Numbered from the stretch's first letter, positions 37,876 through 48,868 are shown. The stretch: 64,000 nucleotides of DNA from an uncultured Gemmatimonadaceae bacterium (GCA_963761305.1 CAVXGK010000001.1:736001-800000), one strand, 5' to 3'. A program made the numbers and translations. Notes: generated from the sequence alone by a model not told the origin.

Positions 37876-40800
37876 GTGATTGACCTCGCCCCCGCCACCC
37901 GCAGGTCGTCGATGAGAATCGTCTCGCTCATCGCGTTCACCCTCGCCGCGGTTGCACCCGTTCCGATCGCGGTCGCACAGACGGCGACGAAGAAGGTGTT
38001 GTCCGTCGACGACTACTCGAAGTGGAAGAGCATCGGCAACCAGTCGATCTCGGGCGACGGGAAATGGGTGGCGTACGTGGTGTCCGCGACCAACACCGAG
38101 CCCGCGGACGCGAAGCCGGTGTTGCACCTCGTCCGTCTCGACAACAATCAGGATCTCGAAGTCGCGAACGCGAGCGCCCCCGCGTTCTCGCCCGACTCGA
38201 AATGGCTGGCCTATACGGTCGACGCGAGCGGCGGTGGGCGCGGTGGGCGCGGAGGCCGCGGCGGCGGTGGGGGAGGAGGAGGAGGAGGCGGCGCCGGTGC
38301 GCAGGCGACTCGTGGCGGCGCAGCCGGGCAGCAAGCACCGCCTCGGCACGTGGAGTTGAGGAATCTCGCAACGGGCACGGTGCAGTCGTGGCAGGACATC
38401 CAGTCGTTCACGTTTGCCGCGACGTCGAGTCACATCATTTTGCGGCGACGCGCGCCGGTGGCGGCCGGAGCGGCGGGTGGGCGCGGCGGCAACGCGCCGG
38501 GCGGTCCCGGTGGCGGTGCGCCAAGCGGCGGTGCGCCCGGAGCAGGAGCGGCCGGCAACGGTGCGGCGGCCGAATCAGCGACGGGACCGCGCGGCGCCGA
38601 CGTCATTCTCCACGATCTCGCGACCGGACGCGATCAGTTGCTCGGCAGCGTCGGCGAGATCACGTTCAACAAGAAGGGCGATCTCCTCGCCTACACCGTT
38701 GACGGTGCGGTACGCGACGGGAACGGCCTGTTCATTCTGGATCTTCGGAACGGTCGCATCTCGACGCTCGACAACGACGCGCGGGTCTACAGCCGATTGA
38801 CGTGGAACGACGAAGGCACCGGGCTCGCCGTGCTGAAGGGCGTGGACGTCGACAAGATGCGTGAGCGCGACAACGTGCTGATCGCCTACCCGAGCGTGCA
38901 GTCGGCGCTCGACGACGCGGAGTACGCGCCGCTCAAGCTCGACCCGTCGAAGGCGGATGGCTTCCCGAAGGGATGGGTGCTGAGCGACCGCGCGGCGCTC
39001 GACTGGAGCGACGACAACCATCGCATTTTCTTCGGCGCCAAAGAGCAGGTCGCGACGCCGGACACGACGCGGCGGCGCGGTGAGGAAGTCGCCGACGTCG
39101 ACGTGTGGAACTCCAAGGACGACCGGATCCAATCGGTGCAGATGACCCGTGCCGACGCCGATCGCAACTTCACCTATCGCGAAGCGTTCAATCTCACCGA
39201 CCGCAAGTTCGTGCAGCTCGCCGATACGGCGATGCGCGACGTCGACGTGAGCTTCGACGGCCGCTGGGTCGTCGGTCGAGACGCGCGCGCCTACATCTCC
39301 GACTACAAGCGCCCCGCGGCGGACTTCTATCGCGTCAATCCGTCCACCGGCGAGCGCACGCTGATGTTCAAGAACCAGCTCGCTGGTGCACACGTCTTCG
39401 GCATTTCGCCCGACGGCAACTACTTCCTCTACTGGAAAGACAACAAGCTCCAGGCGTACAACCTCGACGCCGGCACCAGCAAGACGCTCGGCGGCAACAG
39501 CCCGGTGAGCTTCATCGACGTCGAGTACGACCATCCGGGCCCGAAGCCGTCGTTCGGCGTGATGGGCTATACGAGCGACGGCAAGAACGTCGTGGCCATG
39601 CACCGCTTCGACCTCTACGTCGTGCCGCTCGACGGTTCCGCGCCGCACAATCTCACGAATGGCGTCGGCGACAAGCGCGACATCCGTTTCCGCTATGTGC
39701 AAACCGAACCGGATTCCACCGGCGGCGGATTTGGCGGCGGCGGCGGCGGCGGTGGTGGACGCGGCGGCCGCGGTGGTGCGCGACGCGAGATGATCGATCT
39801 CTCGAAGCCGATTCTTCTGTCGGCGTACGGCGAATACACGAAGAAGGCCGGTTTCTATCAGCTCGCCGACGGCCAGCTCAAGGAGCTCGCGTACGACGAC
39901 GCCGCGTATTCGAACCCGCAGAAGGCGTCGAAGGCCGACGTCTATCTGTACACGCGGCAGACGTTCACCGAGTACCCCGACCTGCGCGTCGCGGGGGTGG
40001 ATTTCCAGAACGCGAAGAAGATCTCCGACGCGAATCCGCAGCAGTCCGAGTATCTGTGGGGCCATCGGATCCTGTTCGATTTCAAGGACCACGACGGGCA
40101 CAAGCTGCAGGGCTTCCTCACGATGCCGGACGACTACAAGCCGGGCGAGAAGCGGCCGATGCTCGTCAACTTCTACGAGAAGAATTCACAGAATCTGAAT
40201 CGCTACTCGGCGCCGTCGTACCTCACGGGCATGGGCTCGATGCCGATCGAAGCGACGAGCCGAGGCTACATCACGATGATTCCGGACGTGTACTTCCATA
40301 CGGGATCGTCGCACAGCGACATGCTCGAGTGCGTCGAGGCGGCGGTGAAGAAGGTGATCGCGATGGGGTACGTCGATCCCAAGAAGATCGGGATCAACGG
40401 ACATAGTTACGGCGGCGAAGGCGCGGCGTTCATCGGCACCCGCTCGCGCCTGTTCGCGGCCGTCGGTGTCGGCGCCGGCGTCACCGATCTCTATCAGGAC
40501 TTCAACCAGAACTGGGGCTGGGGGTACACGGTGCCGGGCGGCAGCGGCGCCAACGGCAATGACTACTATCTCTACGGCCAGGGGCGCTGGGGCGTCTCGC
40601 CGTGGGAAAAGCCGGAACTCTACATGTTCGAGTCCGCGCTCACGCACGTGCCGGAAGTGACGGCGCCCTTCCTCATCATGCATGGCACCGCCGATCCGAC
40701 CGTCGCCTTCCAGAACGGCCTCGGCCTCTACAACGCCATGCGCTATAACGGCAAGAACGCGGTGTTGCTCGCCTACATCGGTGAGGGCCACGGACTGCGC

Positions 40801-40968
40801 GGACTGGGGAACCGGCGGGACCTCACGATCCGTTATTTCCAGTTCTTTGATCACTATCTCAAGGGCGCGCCGGCGCCGAAATGGATGACGGACGGCGTGC
40901 CGTATCTCAAGAAGGACGAGATGCGCGATCCGGCGGCGATCGCCGGCCCGGTCACGCCTCAGCCGTGA
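37876..40968 (+). CDS. S9 prolyl oligopeptidase family serine peptidase, secreted
   Basis: RBS AGGAGG; beta-propeller repeats (ISGDGKW, FSPDSKW, ISPDG); GHSYGG nucleophile, HGTADPTV, GEGHG. Confidence 0.92.
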   Translation: MIDLAPATRRSSMRIVSLIAFTLAAVAPVPIAVAQTATKKVLSVDDYSKWKSIGNQSISGDGKWVAYVVSATNTEPADAKPVLHLVRLDNNQDLEVANASAPAFSPDSKWLAYTVDASGGGRGGRGGRGGGGGGGGGGGAGAQATRGGAAGQQAPPRHVELRNLATGTVQSWQDIQSFTFAATSSHIILRRRAPVAAGAAGGRGGNAPGGPGGGAPSGGAPGAGAAGNGAAAESATGPRGADVILHDLATGRDQLLGSVGEITFNKKGDLLAYTVDGAVRDGNGLFILDLRNGRISTLDNDARVYSRLTWNDEGTGLAVLKGVDVDKMRERDNVLIAYPSVQSALDDAEYAPLKLDPSKADGFPKGWVLSDRAALDWSDDNHRIFFGAKEQVATPDTTRRRGEEVADVDVWNSKDDRIQSVQMTRADADRNFTYREAFNLTDRKFVQLADTAMRDVDVSFDGRWVVGRDARAYISDYKRPAADFYRVNPSTGERTLMFKNQLAGAHVFGISPDGNYFLYWKDNKLQAYNLDAGTSKTLGGNSPVSFIDVEYDHPGPKPSFGVMGYTSDGKNVVAMHRFDLYVVPLDGSAPHNLTNGVGDKRDIRFRYVQTEPDSTGGGFGGGGGGGGGRGGRGGARREMIDLSKPILLSAYGEYTKKAGFYQLADGQLKELAYDDAAYSNPQKASKADVYLYTRQTFTEYPDLRVAGVDFQNAKKISDANPQQSEYLWGHRILFDFKDHDGHKLQGFLTMPDDYKPGEKRPMLVNFYEKNSQNLNRYSAPSYLTGMGSMPIEATSRGYITMIPDVYFHTGSSHSDMLECVEAAVKKVIAMGYVDPKKIGINGHSYGGEGAAFIGTRSRLFAAVGVGAGVTDLYQDFNQNWGWGYTVPGGSGANGNDYYLYGQGRWGVSPWEKPELYMFESALTHVPEVTAPFLIMHGTADPTVAFQNGLGLYNAMRYNGKNAVLLAYIGEGHGLRGLGNRRDLTIRYFQFFDHYLKGAPAPKWMTDGVPYLKKDEMRDPAAIAGPVTPQP

Positions 40969-40982
40969 GGAACGCGCATCGA

Positions 40983-42242
40983 ATGACGCACTTGATTACG
41001 GCAGGTGTCCGCGTCGCCATGATGACCGCGCTCGCCGCGGCCAGTATCGCCGCCGCGGGCGCCCTGCACGCGCAGGAGCCGCCGGCGGGCAGCGGCGGAC
41101 GGGGCGGCCGCGGCGGCGGACGGGGCACGGCGATTCCCGCCGGCGAGTCGTGCCCGCCCGGCACGACCGAGATTCGGCCGCGGAGCTGCATGGCTCCCGA
41201 GGGCACGCCGCCGAACATTCTCGACTACCGTCCGCGTTCGACGCTCATCGCGCCGACGCACATGGTGCCGAAGGCGAAGTATTCGGCGATCGATTTTCAC
41301 GGACATCCGGGCAACCTGATCGCCTCGGCGGACGGTCTCGCGTCGCTGCACGCGTCGCTCGACAGCCTGAACGTGCGGATGATGATCAGCGCCGACAACC
41401 TGTCGGGCGATCGATTGAAGAGCGTGCTGGCCGCCGTCGCCGCGTCGCCGGCGATGAAGGATCGAGTGCGCATCCTGGCCGGCATCAACTTCCGGAACGT
41501 CGGCCCCGACTGGGCGGCGGGCGCCATCAAGCAGCTCGACGCGGATCTGGCGGCGGGCGCCGTGGGCGTCGGTGAGATCCCGAAAAGCCTCGGTCTCTCG
41601 ACGCGTAAGCCAGACGGGTCGCGCCTGCGCATCGACGACCCGGAGCTCGACCCGATCTGGGACGAGTGCGCGCGGCTCGGCATACCCGTGTTCATTCACA
41701 CGGCGGACCCGCAGGAATTCTTTCATCCGATCGACTACACGAACGAGCGATGGCTGGAGCTCTCGTTGTTCGCCGACCGCCGGTATCCGCAGGACAAGTT
41801 TCCCAGCTTCGAGGAGTTGATGACGGAACGGGACAACATGTTCCGCAAGCATCCGAAAACGACGTTCGTCGCCGCCCACATGGGATGGCACGCCAGCGAC
41901 CTCGGCTCGCTCTCAAAGATGTTGGACGAGATGCCGAACGTGTACACCGAGGTCGGCGCGGTGCTGTACGACATCGGCCGCCAGCCGCGCACGGCGCACG
42001 ACTTCTTCATCAAGTACCAGGACAGGATTCTGTTCGGGAAGGACTCGTTCCAGCCCGAGGAGTATCCGTACTACTGGCGCGTGTTCGAGACGAACGACGA
42101 CTACTTCGATTATTATCGTCCCTATCACGCGTTCTGGAAGCTGTATGGAATCGGGTTGCCCGACAGCGTCTTGAAGAAGGTTTACTTCGCGAACGCACTC
42201 AAGCTCACCAAGGGGATTCCGCAGAATGGCTGGCCGAAATAG
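40983..42242 (+). CDS. Amidohydrolase family protein (amidohydro_2-like), secreted
   Basis: Signal peptide; IDFHGH, IHTADP, AAHMG, RILFGKD. Confidence 0.88.
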   Translation: MTHLITAGVRVAMMTALAAASIAAAGALHAQEPPAGSGGRGGRGGGRGTAIPAGESCPPGTTEIRPRSCMAPEGTPPNILDYRPRSTLIAPTHMVPKAKYSAIDFHGHPGNLIASADGLASLHASLDSLNVRMMISADNLSGDRLKSVLAAVAASPAMKDRVRILAGINFRNVGPDWAAGAIKQLDADLAAGAVGVGEIPKSLGLSTRKPDGSRLRIDDPELDPIWDECARLGIPVFIHTADPQEFFHPIDYTNERWLELSLFADRRYPQDKFPSFEELMTERDNMFRKHPKTTFVAAHMGWHASDLGSLSKMLDEMPNVYTEVGAVLYDIGRQPRTAHDFFIKYQDRILFGKDSFQPEEYPYYWRVFETNDDYFDYYRPYHAFWKLYGIGLPDSVLKKVYFANALKLTKGIPQNGWPK

Positions 42243-42261
42243 CGGGTGGACGGGTGGACGC

Positions 42262-42912
42262 GTGGACCGGTGGAGCGGTCTCACTGCAATGGCGCTGACG
42301 ACGTTGGGCATCGCTTGCGCGGGGGGAGAGAAGGCGCCGGCGGCGGGCGACACCGCGGCGGCGGCGAAGGTGGCGGTGGACACGGGGCCGGCACCGGATT
42401 CGTTCCGCGTCGCATTCGAGACGACCCGCGGGCATTTCGTCGTGCAGGTGAATCGGGCCTGGGCGCCGCTGGGGGCGGATCGATTCTACCGACTCGTCGG
42501 ACAGCGCTTTTTCGACGGCGAGAAGTTCTTTCGCGTCGTGCCCGGATTCGTGGCGCAATTCGGATTAAACGGCGATCCCAAGGCCAACGCGCCGTGGGAT
42601 GACAAGCCGATCACCGACGACTCGGTGCGTCACACGAACGCGCGGTACACGCTGACGTTCGCCGACAAAGGGCCGAACACGCGGTCGTATCAGATGTTCC
42701 TCAACCTCAATGACAACACCCGCCTCGACCACATGGGCTTCTCGCCGATCGGGACGGTCGTCGACGGGCAAGCCGTCGTCGATTCGATTTACAGCGGCTA
42801 TGGCGATACGCCGGATCAGACGATGATTCAATCGCAGGGGAACGACTACCTCGAGCACATGTTCCCGAAACTCGACGCGATCAAGACGGCGCGGATCGTT
42901 TCGGCCAAGTGA
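42262..42912 (+). CDS. Cyclophilin-type peptidyl-prolyl isomerase, probable lipoprotein
   Basis: WAPLGADRF, FFRVVPGFVAQFG, GPNTR..Q.FLNL.DN..LD..GF.P; LGIAC lipobox. Start uncertain (42262 or 42289). Confidence 0.9.
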   Translation: MDRWSGLTAMALTTLGIACAGGEKAPAAGDTAAAAKVAVDTGPAPDSFRVAFETTRGHFVVQVNRAWAPLGADRFYRLVGQRFFDGEKFFRVVPGFVAQFGLNGDPKANAPWDDKPITDDSVRHTNARYTLTFADKGPNTRSYQMFLNLNDNTRLDHMGFSPIGTVVDGQAVVDSIYSGYGDTPDQTMIQSQGNDYLEHMFPKLDAIKTARIVSAK

Positions 42913-43826
42913 TCGGGCGAGCGGCGACGCTGGCTCTCGCCCTCGCGTCGCCGCTTTCCGCACAAAGCACCGACGCGCCGCTTTCGCTCGAGGGGCATCT
43001 CCGCGTCGGCGGGCGCGACCGACGGTATCTCGTCGATCTGCCGCCACGGTACACCTCGCGCGGACCGCTGCCGCTCGTGCTCAACTTTCACGGCGGCGGC
43101 GGATCGCCGAGCGGCGCACGAACACAGAGCGGATTCTCAACGCTCGGCGCACGGGTCGGCGCGATCGTCGTCTATCCCGCCGGCAGCGGCCGATTCAGCG
43201 ACGAGCGTCTGCTCACCTGGAACACCGGCAGCTGCTGCGCCTACGCGCAGTCGTCGAACATCGATGAAGCCGCGTTCGTCCGCGCGTTGCTCGACACGCT
43301 GCAACGCACATACTCAGTCGATCCGAACCGGATCTTCGCGACCGGTCTCTCGAACGGCGGGATGATGGCGTACCTCGTCGGCTGCCGTCTCGCCGACCGC
43401 ATCGCGGCGATCGCCGTCATCTCGGGCGAGCTGTCGATGGAGTGCAATCCGTCGCGACCGGTGTCCGTCCTCATCATCCACGGCACGGCCGACGAGAATC
43501 TTCCGTACAACGGCGGCGTCGGCGCGAAAGCGCTCGACAAGCACGAGGTGCGGCCCGTGTCGTACGCGGTCGATTCGTGGAAGCGCTTCGACCGTTGCCC
43601 CGACACGCCGGCGACGACGACGCAAGGTGTCGTGACACGCAGCGTGTGGTCGCCGTGCGCCGACGGGACGTCGCTCGAGCTGTACAAGATCGAAGGCGGC
43701 GGTCACGCGTGGCCCGGCGGCCAGCGCATGATGCGGATCCTCGACGCGCCGAGCAACGCACTCGACGCGACACAAGTCGCGTGGAACTTCTTCGCGACGC
43801 ACGCCCGAGCCGCGACCGCGCGCTGA
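42909..43826 (+). CDS. LpqP/PHB-depolymerase-family esterase, secreted
   Basis: PLVLNFHGGGG, WN.G.CC, TGLSNGGMM, IHGTAD, GGGHAWPGG. Confidence 0.88.
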   Translation: MIGRAATLALALASPLSAQSTDAPLSLEGHLRVGGRDRRYLVDLPPRYTSRGPLPLVLNFHGGGGSPSGARTQSGFSTLGARVGAIVVYPAGSGRFSDERLLTWNTGSCCAYAQSSNIDEAAFVRALLDTLQRTYSVDPNRIFATGLSNGGMMAYLVGCRLADRIAAIAVISGELSMECNPSRPVSVLIIHGTADENLPYNGGVGAKALDKHEVRPVSYAVDSWKRFDRCPDTPATTTQGVVTRSVWSPCADGTSLELYKIEGGGHAWPGGQRMMRILDAPSNALDATQVAWNFFATHARAATAR

Positions 43827-43838
43827 GCCGAACGAACG

Positions 43839-46800
43839 TCAGCCGACAACGATCGGCGTCGCCATCTCCCGGTATCGGCAAAGCGCGTTCGCGAGCTGCA
43901 TCTGGCGTGGTGTTCGACACTCCGCTTCGTACATGCGCGGCGAAGCCACGAGGACTGCGAGACAGCGCGCCCGCGACGTCGCGACGTTCAGACGATTCAG
44001 GCTGAACAGGAACTCCATGCCTCGCGGCGCCTCCTCCGGCCGCGACGTCGCCATCGAGTACACGACGACGGGGGCCTCCTGCCCCTGGAACTTGTCCACC
44101 GTCCCGACGCGCACCGACGGATCGACGTCGGCGAGTCGCTCGAGCAGCCGATTGACGTGCGCGTTGTACGGCGCGACCACGAGTACGTGCGTGCCGTCGA
44201 GCGGCCGAACCTGCCCGTGTTCGTCGGTCCAACTGTTCCCCGGTGCGAGGAGCATACCGACGAGCGTCGCGACAGCCTCGACCTCCTCGGGCGAATGATT
44301 GCGATTTCCGTCATGCGGAACGTCGAGCACGGACAGGCCGACGGGCGGCACGCCGACGGCGACGGAGAGCCGCTGACGCTCCAAGCCTCGCAACGGACCG
44401 AGCCGGCCGTCGTAAAAAACCTCCGATGTGAACTCACAGATGCTCGGCGCCAGGCGGCGCGTGACCTCGAGGAAGATGCCGCGCTCTTTGGGCATCGTGT
44501 GCTCATCGCCGAGGACGTGCTCGAGCGCCGACACATCCACGCCGTCGGGATGGCTTCCCTTGCGTGGTTGTTCCAGTTGCTGCGGATCGCCCAACAGAAC
44601 GAGGCTTCGCGCGGCCTGTGACACGGCGACGGCGTTGGCCAGCGACATCTGGCCCGCTTCGTCGACGACCAGCACGTCCACGGCGCTCATCAGGTCTTGG
44701 CGAGCCCACAACCAAGCGGTTCCACCGACTACCGAGACCTCGCGATTGACGAGCGCATCGCGCGCCGCCTCCGACTTCGCGAATCGTGTGACGCCCGCAT
44801 CGGAGTCGGCCGGCGCGTCGTCGTCCTCATCGTCGTCGCCGACGCGATGGCCGAGCGTTGCGGTCGTGCCGATGCGACGCGCCGCGTCGGCGACTGCATC
44901 GAGCAGATGGCGAATCACCTTGTGGCTCGTTGCTGTCACACCGACGCGCTTGCCGCGCTCGACGAGCCGGCAAATCAACTCGGCCGCGAGATACGTTTTG
45001 CCCGCGCCCGGCGGCCCCTGAATCGCGAGAACCGTCTCGTCGACCTGGTCGGCAAGGCGCGATGCGAGGTCGCCTGTCAGGTCGATCTGTTCCATCCTGA
45101 GCGCGGGGTCGCGGAATCGCGGCAGCTCGCGACCGAGGAGCGCGCGCGCCGTGGTGAATCCGGTCGCACCCAACGCAAACGCTTCGCCGATGCGCAGCAT
45201 CGCCTCGCCCTGCACCTTCGCCGGAACGTTCGTGAACTCGAACATGGCCGTCGGATGCGTCTCGGCGCGGCTCGGGCCCTTCCTGACGTCGATGGTCCGC
45301 GCTTTCCGATCCACCGCGACGACCTTTCCGAAAGGCTTCTTGTCCTGCAACGACACGCCGTCGCGAGCCTCGATCTCCATTTCCTGCGCGGGATATCGAT
45401 ACCGATCGACCACTGACCCGGTCGGTCGCCCCTTCTTGCTCACGATGCGGCGGATGCGCTCCACGAATTCGAGCCCGGCGACCGCGGCGCGCTCGTCGAT
45501 CAGGTCCTCCTCCGGCATCTCGACCAGCCGGAAGAATTCCCACCAGACGACGTTGTCCTCACGACGGTGATAGTCGAGCATGTAGGCGAGGAGCCAGCGC
45601 GCTTGCTGTGCGTCGTCTCGGTCGCCGCGCAGCTCCGGGAGTCCGGCGAGCAGGCGGCCGCGCAATTCCTCGACGCGCACGGCCCGTTCGTCGATGTCGG
45701 GCGGTGCGTAGCCGGGATCGGGAGTCGGGCGCGCGATCGACGCGCCGCCGGCGATCGCTGCCGTTCGCAACGTCTCCAGCCAATCCCGCAGCGCGCGCGT
45801 CGAGACGCAATCGTCGCGGTTGTAACCGACGATCGCCGCGCGCACATCATTCGGGACTGCGTCGGGAACGCCGGCGCCCAGCGCGTACTGAAGCGCGCGA
45901 AGAGCCCTGTTCGCGTCCTCGAGCGGCACGCCACGCGTGAAGTCGTACAGCGGCTCGAGACTCTTGATCGAATACCGCTCGACGCCGACGCGCATCGATT
46001 GGCGAACGACGGCGTACAAGTCGACGAATCGGCGCGCCCGCAGCAGTTCGTCGAGCTCCCGCTGCCGAGTCACGTATCGGCCCATGAGTCGCTTGAACGC
46101 CGACGGCTCGTAGGGAGCGTAGTGGTAGACGTGCATGTCCGGGTACGCGCGAATCCGCTCGACGATCAGATCCATCGCCCACTCGAACGCGCGGCGCTCG
46201 TCGGCATCGGTGAAGGCCCAGCGTTCGTGGTAGTCGCCGTCGGCCGTCGCGACGCCGAACAAATACTCGCGACCATGGTCGGCGAGCATCGGGTCGCCTT
46301 CGAGGTCGAGGAACAGGTCTCCCGGCGTCGGCGCAGGAAGACGCGCAAGCCCAAACCCGTCTTCGATCTCGAGCATCTCGTACTTCGGCACCGCCGCGTC
46401 CCTCGACGACAACTGCAGGCGCGCTTGATCGCGAACTCTCTCGTACGACTCGACCGAACCGCGACGCGGACTGAACCCGATCTTCACAGGCAAGCCGGCG
46501 AGCTGCGTCAACGTCTCTACCGATCGCGCCTCCAGCTCCTGGCGCTGCGCGCGCGAAATCCCGGAAACGAGCGACAGATGGTCGTCGCCGCGTCGCTTCG
46601 CGGCGCACGTCGGGATCCAGCGGCACGCGCCGCACATGTCCACCGGCTCGGGATAATACTCGTCGGCGAGGCGATCGTCGCCGAGCGACATCGCCGCTCC
46701 CATCTGGCGACGCACGAGCCTGAAGTACGCGGCGTAGTCGGCGAAACGGTACTGCTGGCGCGGCGTCTCGGCGTCCGGCGTGATGACGTGGAAATGCTCC

Positions 46801-47288
46801 GGCCTCGCTCCTTGCACCGACGCCAGAAGCTCTGAGTAGAGGCAGAGCTGGAGAATCGTCCCCGCCTTCGTCTCGCGCGCGAGCTTCGTGTCGTACACCT
46901 CGTACGACCAGGTACCGAGGCCGCTGTTGGTCGGCACGCGCCGCATCACGTCGGGTCTGCCGTTCCATTCGCCGTGGCGCAGGCCACCCTGCCCGATGAC
47001 GTCCGCGCCCTGGCGCATGGCCTGTAGCGTCGTCGCGACGCGTTCGTCCTCGTGAACGGTCTGCGGGATGTCGACGACGGTCGCCGCTCCGGCGCTCAAC
47101 GAATCGACGAACTGCCGCTCGTGCTCGAGGCCGCGCCGGATCAACAGATCCAGCAGCGGATCCTCGTATTTGACGACCTTGCGCTTCCCAAACGCGAACC
47201 CCATGTCGAGCGCCGTGCGATGGCGGCAGCCGAGGAAGTTCGAGAGGTCGGTCGCGTAGAGCGTGAATTCGCGGTCGCGGAGGTGCAC
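43839..47288 (-). CDS. TM0106-family RecB-like nuclease fused to RNase H-like and DNA2/NAM7 (SF1B) helicase domains
   Basis: GRPD...YEVYDTKLAR...LQLCLY (PD-D/ExK); LFLDLEGDP, HYAPYE, YNRDDC; QGPPGAGKT, VDEAGQ, GDPQQL, GTVDKFQGQE, LNVATSRAR. Confidence 0.9.
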   Translation of the reverse strand: MHLRDREFTLYATDLSNFLGCRHRTALDMGFAFGKRKVVKYEDPLLDLLIRRGLEHERQFVDSLSAGAATVVDIPQTVHEDERVATTLQAMRQGADVIGQGGLRHGEWNGRPDVMRRVPTNSGLGTWSYEVYDTKLARETKAGTILQLCLYSELLASVQGARPEHFHVITPDAETPRQQYRFADYAAYFRLVRRQMGAAMSLGDDRLADEYYPEPVDMCGACRWIPTCAAKRRGDDHLSLVSGISRAQRQELEARSVETLTQLAGLPVKIGFSPRRGSVESYERVRDQARLQLSSRDAAVPKYEMLEIEDGFGLARLPAPTPGDLFLDLEGDPMLADHGREYLFGVATADGDYHERWAFTDADERRAFEWAMDLIVERIRAYPDMHVYHYAPYEPSAFKRLMGRYVTRQRELDELLRARRFVDLYAVVRQSMRVGVERYSIKSLEPLYDFTRGVPLEDANRALRALQYALGAGVPDAVPNDVRAAIVGYNRDDCVSTRALRDWLETLRTAAIAGGASIARPTPDPGYAPPDIDERAVRVEELRGRLLAGLPELRGDRDDAQQARWLLAYMLDYHRREDNVVWWEFFRLVEMPEEDLIDERAAVAGLEFVERIRRIVSKKGRPTGSVVDRYRYPAQEMEIEARDGVSLQDKKPFGKVVAVDRKARTIDVRKGPSRAETHPTAMFEFTNVPAKVQGEAMLRIGEAFALGATGFTTARALLGRELPRFRDPALRMEQIDLTGDLASRLADQVDETVLAIQGPPGAGKTYLAAELICRLVERGKRVGVTATSHKVIRHLLDAVADAARRIGTTATLGHRVGDDDEDDDAPADSDAGVTRFAKSEAARDALVNREVSVVGGTAWLWARQDLMSAVDVLVVDEAGQMSLANAVAVSQAARSLVLLGDPQQLEQPRKGSHPDGVDVSALEHVLGDEHTMPKERGIFLEVTRRLAPSICEFTSEVFYDGRLGPLRGLERQRLSVAVGVPPVGLSVLDVPHDGNRNHSPEEVEAVATLVGMLLAPGNSWTDEHGQVRPLDGTHVLVVAPYNAHVNRLLERLADVDPSVRVGTVDKFQGQEAPVVVYSMATSRPEEAPRGMEFLFSLNRLNVATSRARCLAVLVASPRMYEAECRTPRQMQLANALCRYREMATPIVVG

Positions 47289-47311
47289 GGCCGGCTATCG
47301 GGTCGTTCGAA

Positions 47312-48028
47312 TCACGGCGCGGGCGCCTTCTCGAACGCCTCGACGAACGCGTCGACCGCCGGCGGTCCGGACCCGATGCCTTCGTCGTGCTTGAAGTACA
47401 CGTAGGCGTCGCTCCACGGCTGCGACGCGATTCGCTTGCTCCACTCGTCGAGCATCACGGCATCGTAGTCGAGACGGTGCAGTCGCACGTAGCCCCATGT
47501 AGCGGTCGTCACGACAGGCGACGCGAAGTCGGGCTGCTCGGTGACGCACATCGGGATGTCGCGCTCGCGAAGCACGGCGTAGACGTCGTCGACGAACCAG
47601 CTCTCGTGCCGAAACTCGACCGTGTATTTGCGATCGGAGGGCAGCGTGGCGATGAAGGCGCGCAGTCGCGCGACGTCGACCTTCAGGTTCGGCGGCAGCT
47701 GAAACAGGATCGGCCCGAGCCGCGAGCCAAGCGCCGATGTGTTCTTGAGCAGAAACTCGACGGCGCTCGACGCGTCCGGCTTGAGCCGCGCGAAGTGGGT
47801 GATGCGCTGGCTCGCCTTGATCGCGAACGTGAACGCATCCGGCACCCGCGACGCCCAGTCCAGCAGCACGTGCTCGCGCGGCAGCCGGTAGAACGTGTTG
47901 TTGATCTCGACGCTCGGAAACCGCCCGGCGTAGAAGGCGAGCATGGCGTCGTCCTTGAGATCATCCGGATAGAACGGTCCTTTCCACTCCTTGAAAGCGA
48001 ATCCGCTCGTTCCGGCGAGCAGCTTCAT
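47312..48028 (-). CDS. DUF72 family protein
   Basis: GTSGF....W.G.FYP, VEINNTFY..P, F.IKA...ITH, LFQLPP, EFRHESW, YVRLH, YVYFKH; ATG overlaps the Ku stop. Confidence 0.92.
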   Translation of the reverse strand: MKLLAGTSGFAFKEWKGPFYPDDLKDDAMLAFYAGRFPSVEINNTFYRLPREHVLLDWASRVPDAFTFAIKASQRITHFARLKPDASSAVEFLLKNTSALGSRLGPILFQLPPNLKVDVARLRAFIATLPSDRKYTVEFRHESWFVDDVYAVLRERDIPMCVTEQPDFASPVVTTATWGYVRLHRLDYDAVMLDEWSKRIASQPWSDAYVYFKHDEGIGSGPPAVDAFVEAFEKAPAP

Positions 48029-48868
48029 GCCGACTTGGCCCTGCGGCTCTTGTGAGGCTTGTGCTCCTCTTCGTCGTCGGCCTTGTGCGCCGCCTTGGAC
48101 TCGCTGAGACTCTGTTTCAGCGCCTCCATGAGGTCGATGATTTTGCCGCCGCGCTCCGCCGGCGCTTCCTCGGTGATCTCCTGGCCTTCGACCTTCGCCT
48201 GGATCGCCTCGAGCATGCCGTTCGCGCACCGTGTCCTTGTACTTCTCGGGGTCGAAAGCGTCGCTCGCCGATTGCTCGATCAACTGCTTGGCCAGTGAGA
48301 GCTCGGCCGGCTTCACCTCGCCCTCGGGGACCTCGACTTCGGTCGTCGGCCGCACCTCGTCGGCGTAGTGCAGTTGCTCCATGACGATCACGCCGTTGAG
48401 CGGACGGAGAAGCACGAGGTGCTGCTGGCCTCGAGCCGCATATTGCCCCAGCGCGGCGCGGCCCGTTTCGTCCAGTGCCGCGGCGAGCAGCCGGTAGGCG
48501 CGGTCGCCGCCCTTGTCGGGGCCGAGGTAGTAGGTCTTTTCCACGAACTCGCGGTCGACTTTCGCCAGCGGCACGAACTCGATGATGTCGATCGTCTCGG
48601 TGGCCTTTTCCTCGAGCGCCTTGAGCTCTTCCGGCGTGAGAACCACGTAGTGGTCCTTGGAGAATTCGTAGCCTTTGACCGTCTGGTCGCGCGTCACGAT
48701 CTCGCCGTCTTTCGGGCAGATGTATTGCTGCTTGAGACGCGTGCCGCACTTTTTGTGCAGCATGTTGAACGAGATGTTGGCCTTCGACTCGGCTGACGAG
48801 TACAGGTTCACGGGCACTGAGACGAGACCGAACGAGATAGTGGCCGTGCCGATGGAGCGTGCGGGCAT
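48025..48868 (-). CDS. ku: Non-homologous end joining protein Ku (one apparent +1 frameshift near 48220)
   Basis: ISFGLVSVPVNLY, FNMLH, VKGYE, YYLGP, LHYADEVR, FDPEKYKD. The C-terminus (IIDLMEALKQSL) is in a different frame (ORF 48025..48216). Confidence 0.92.
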
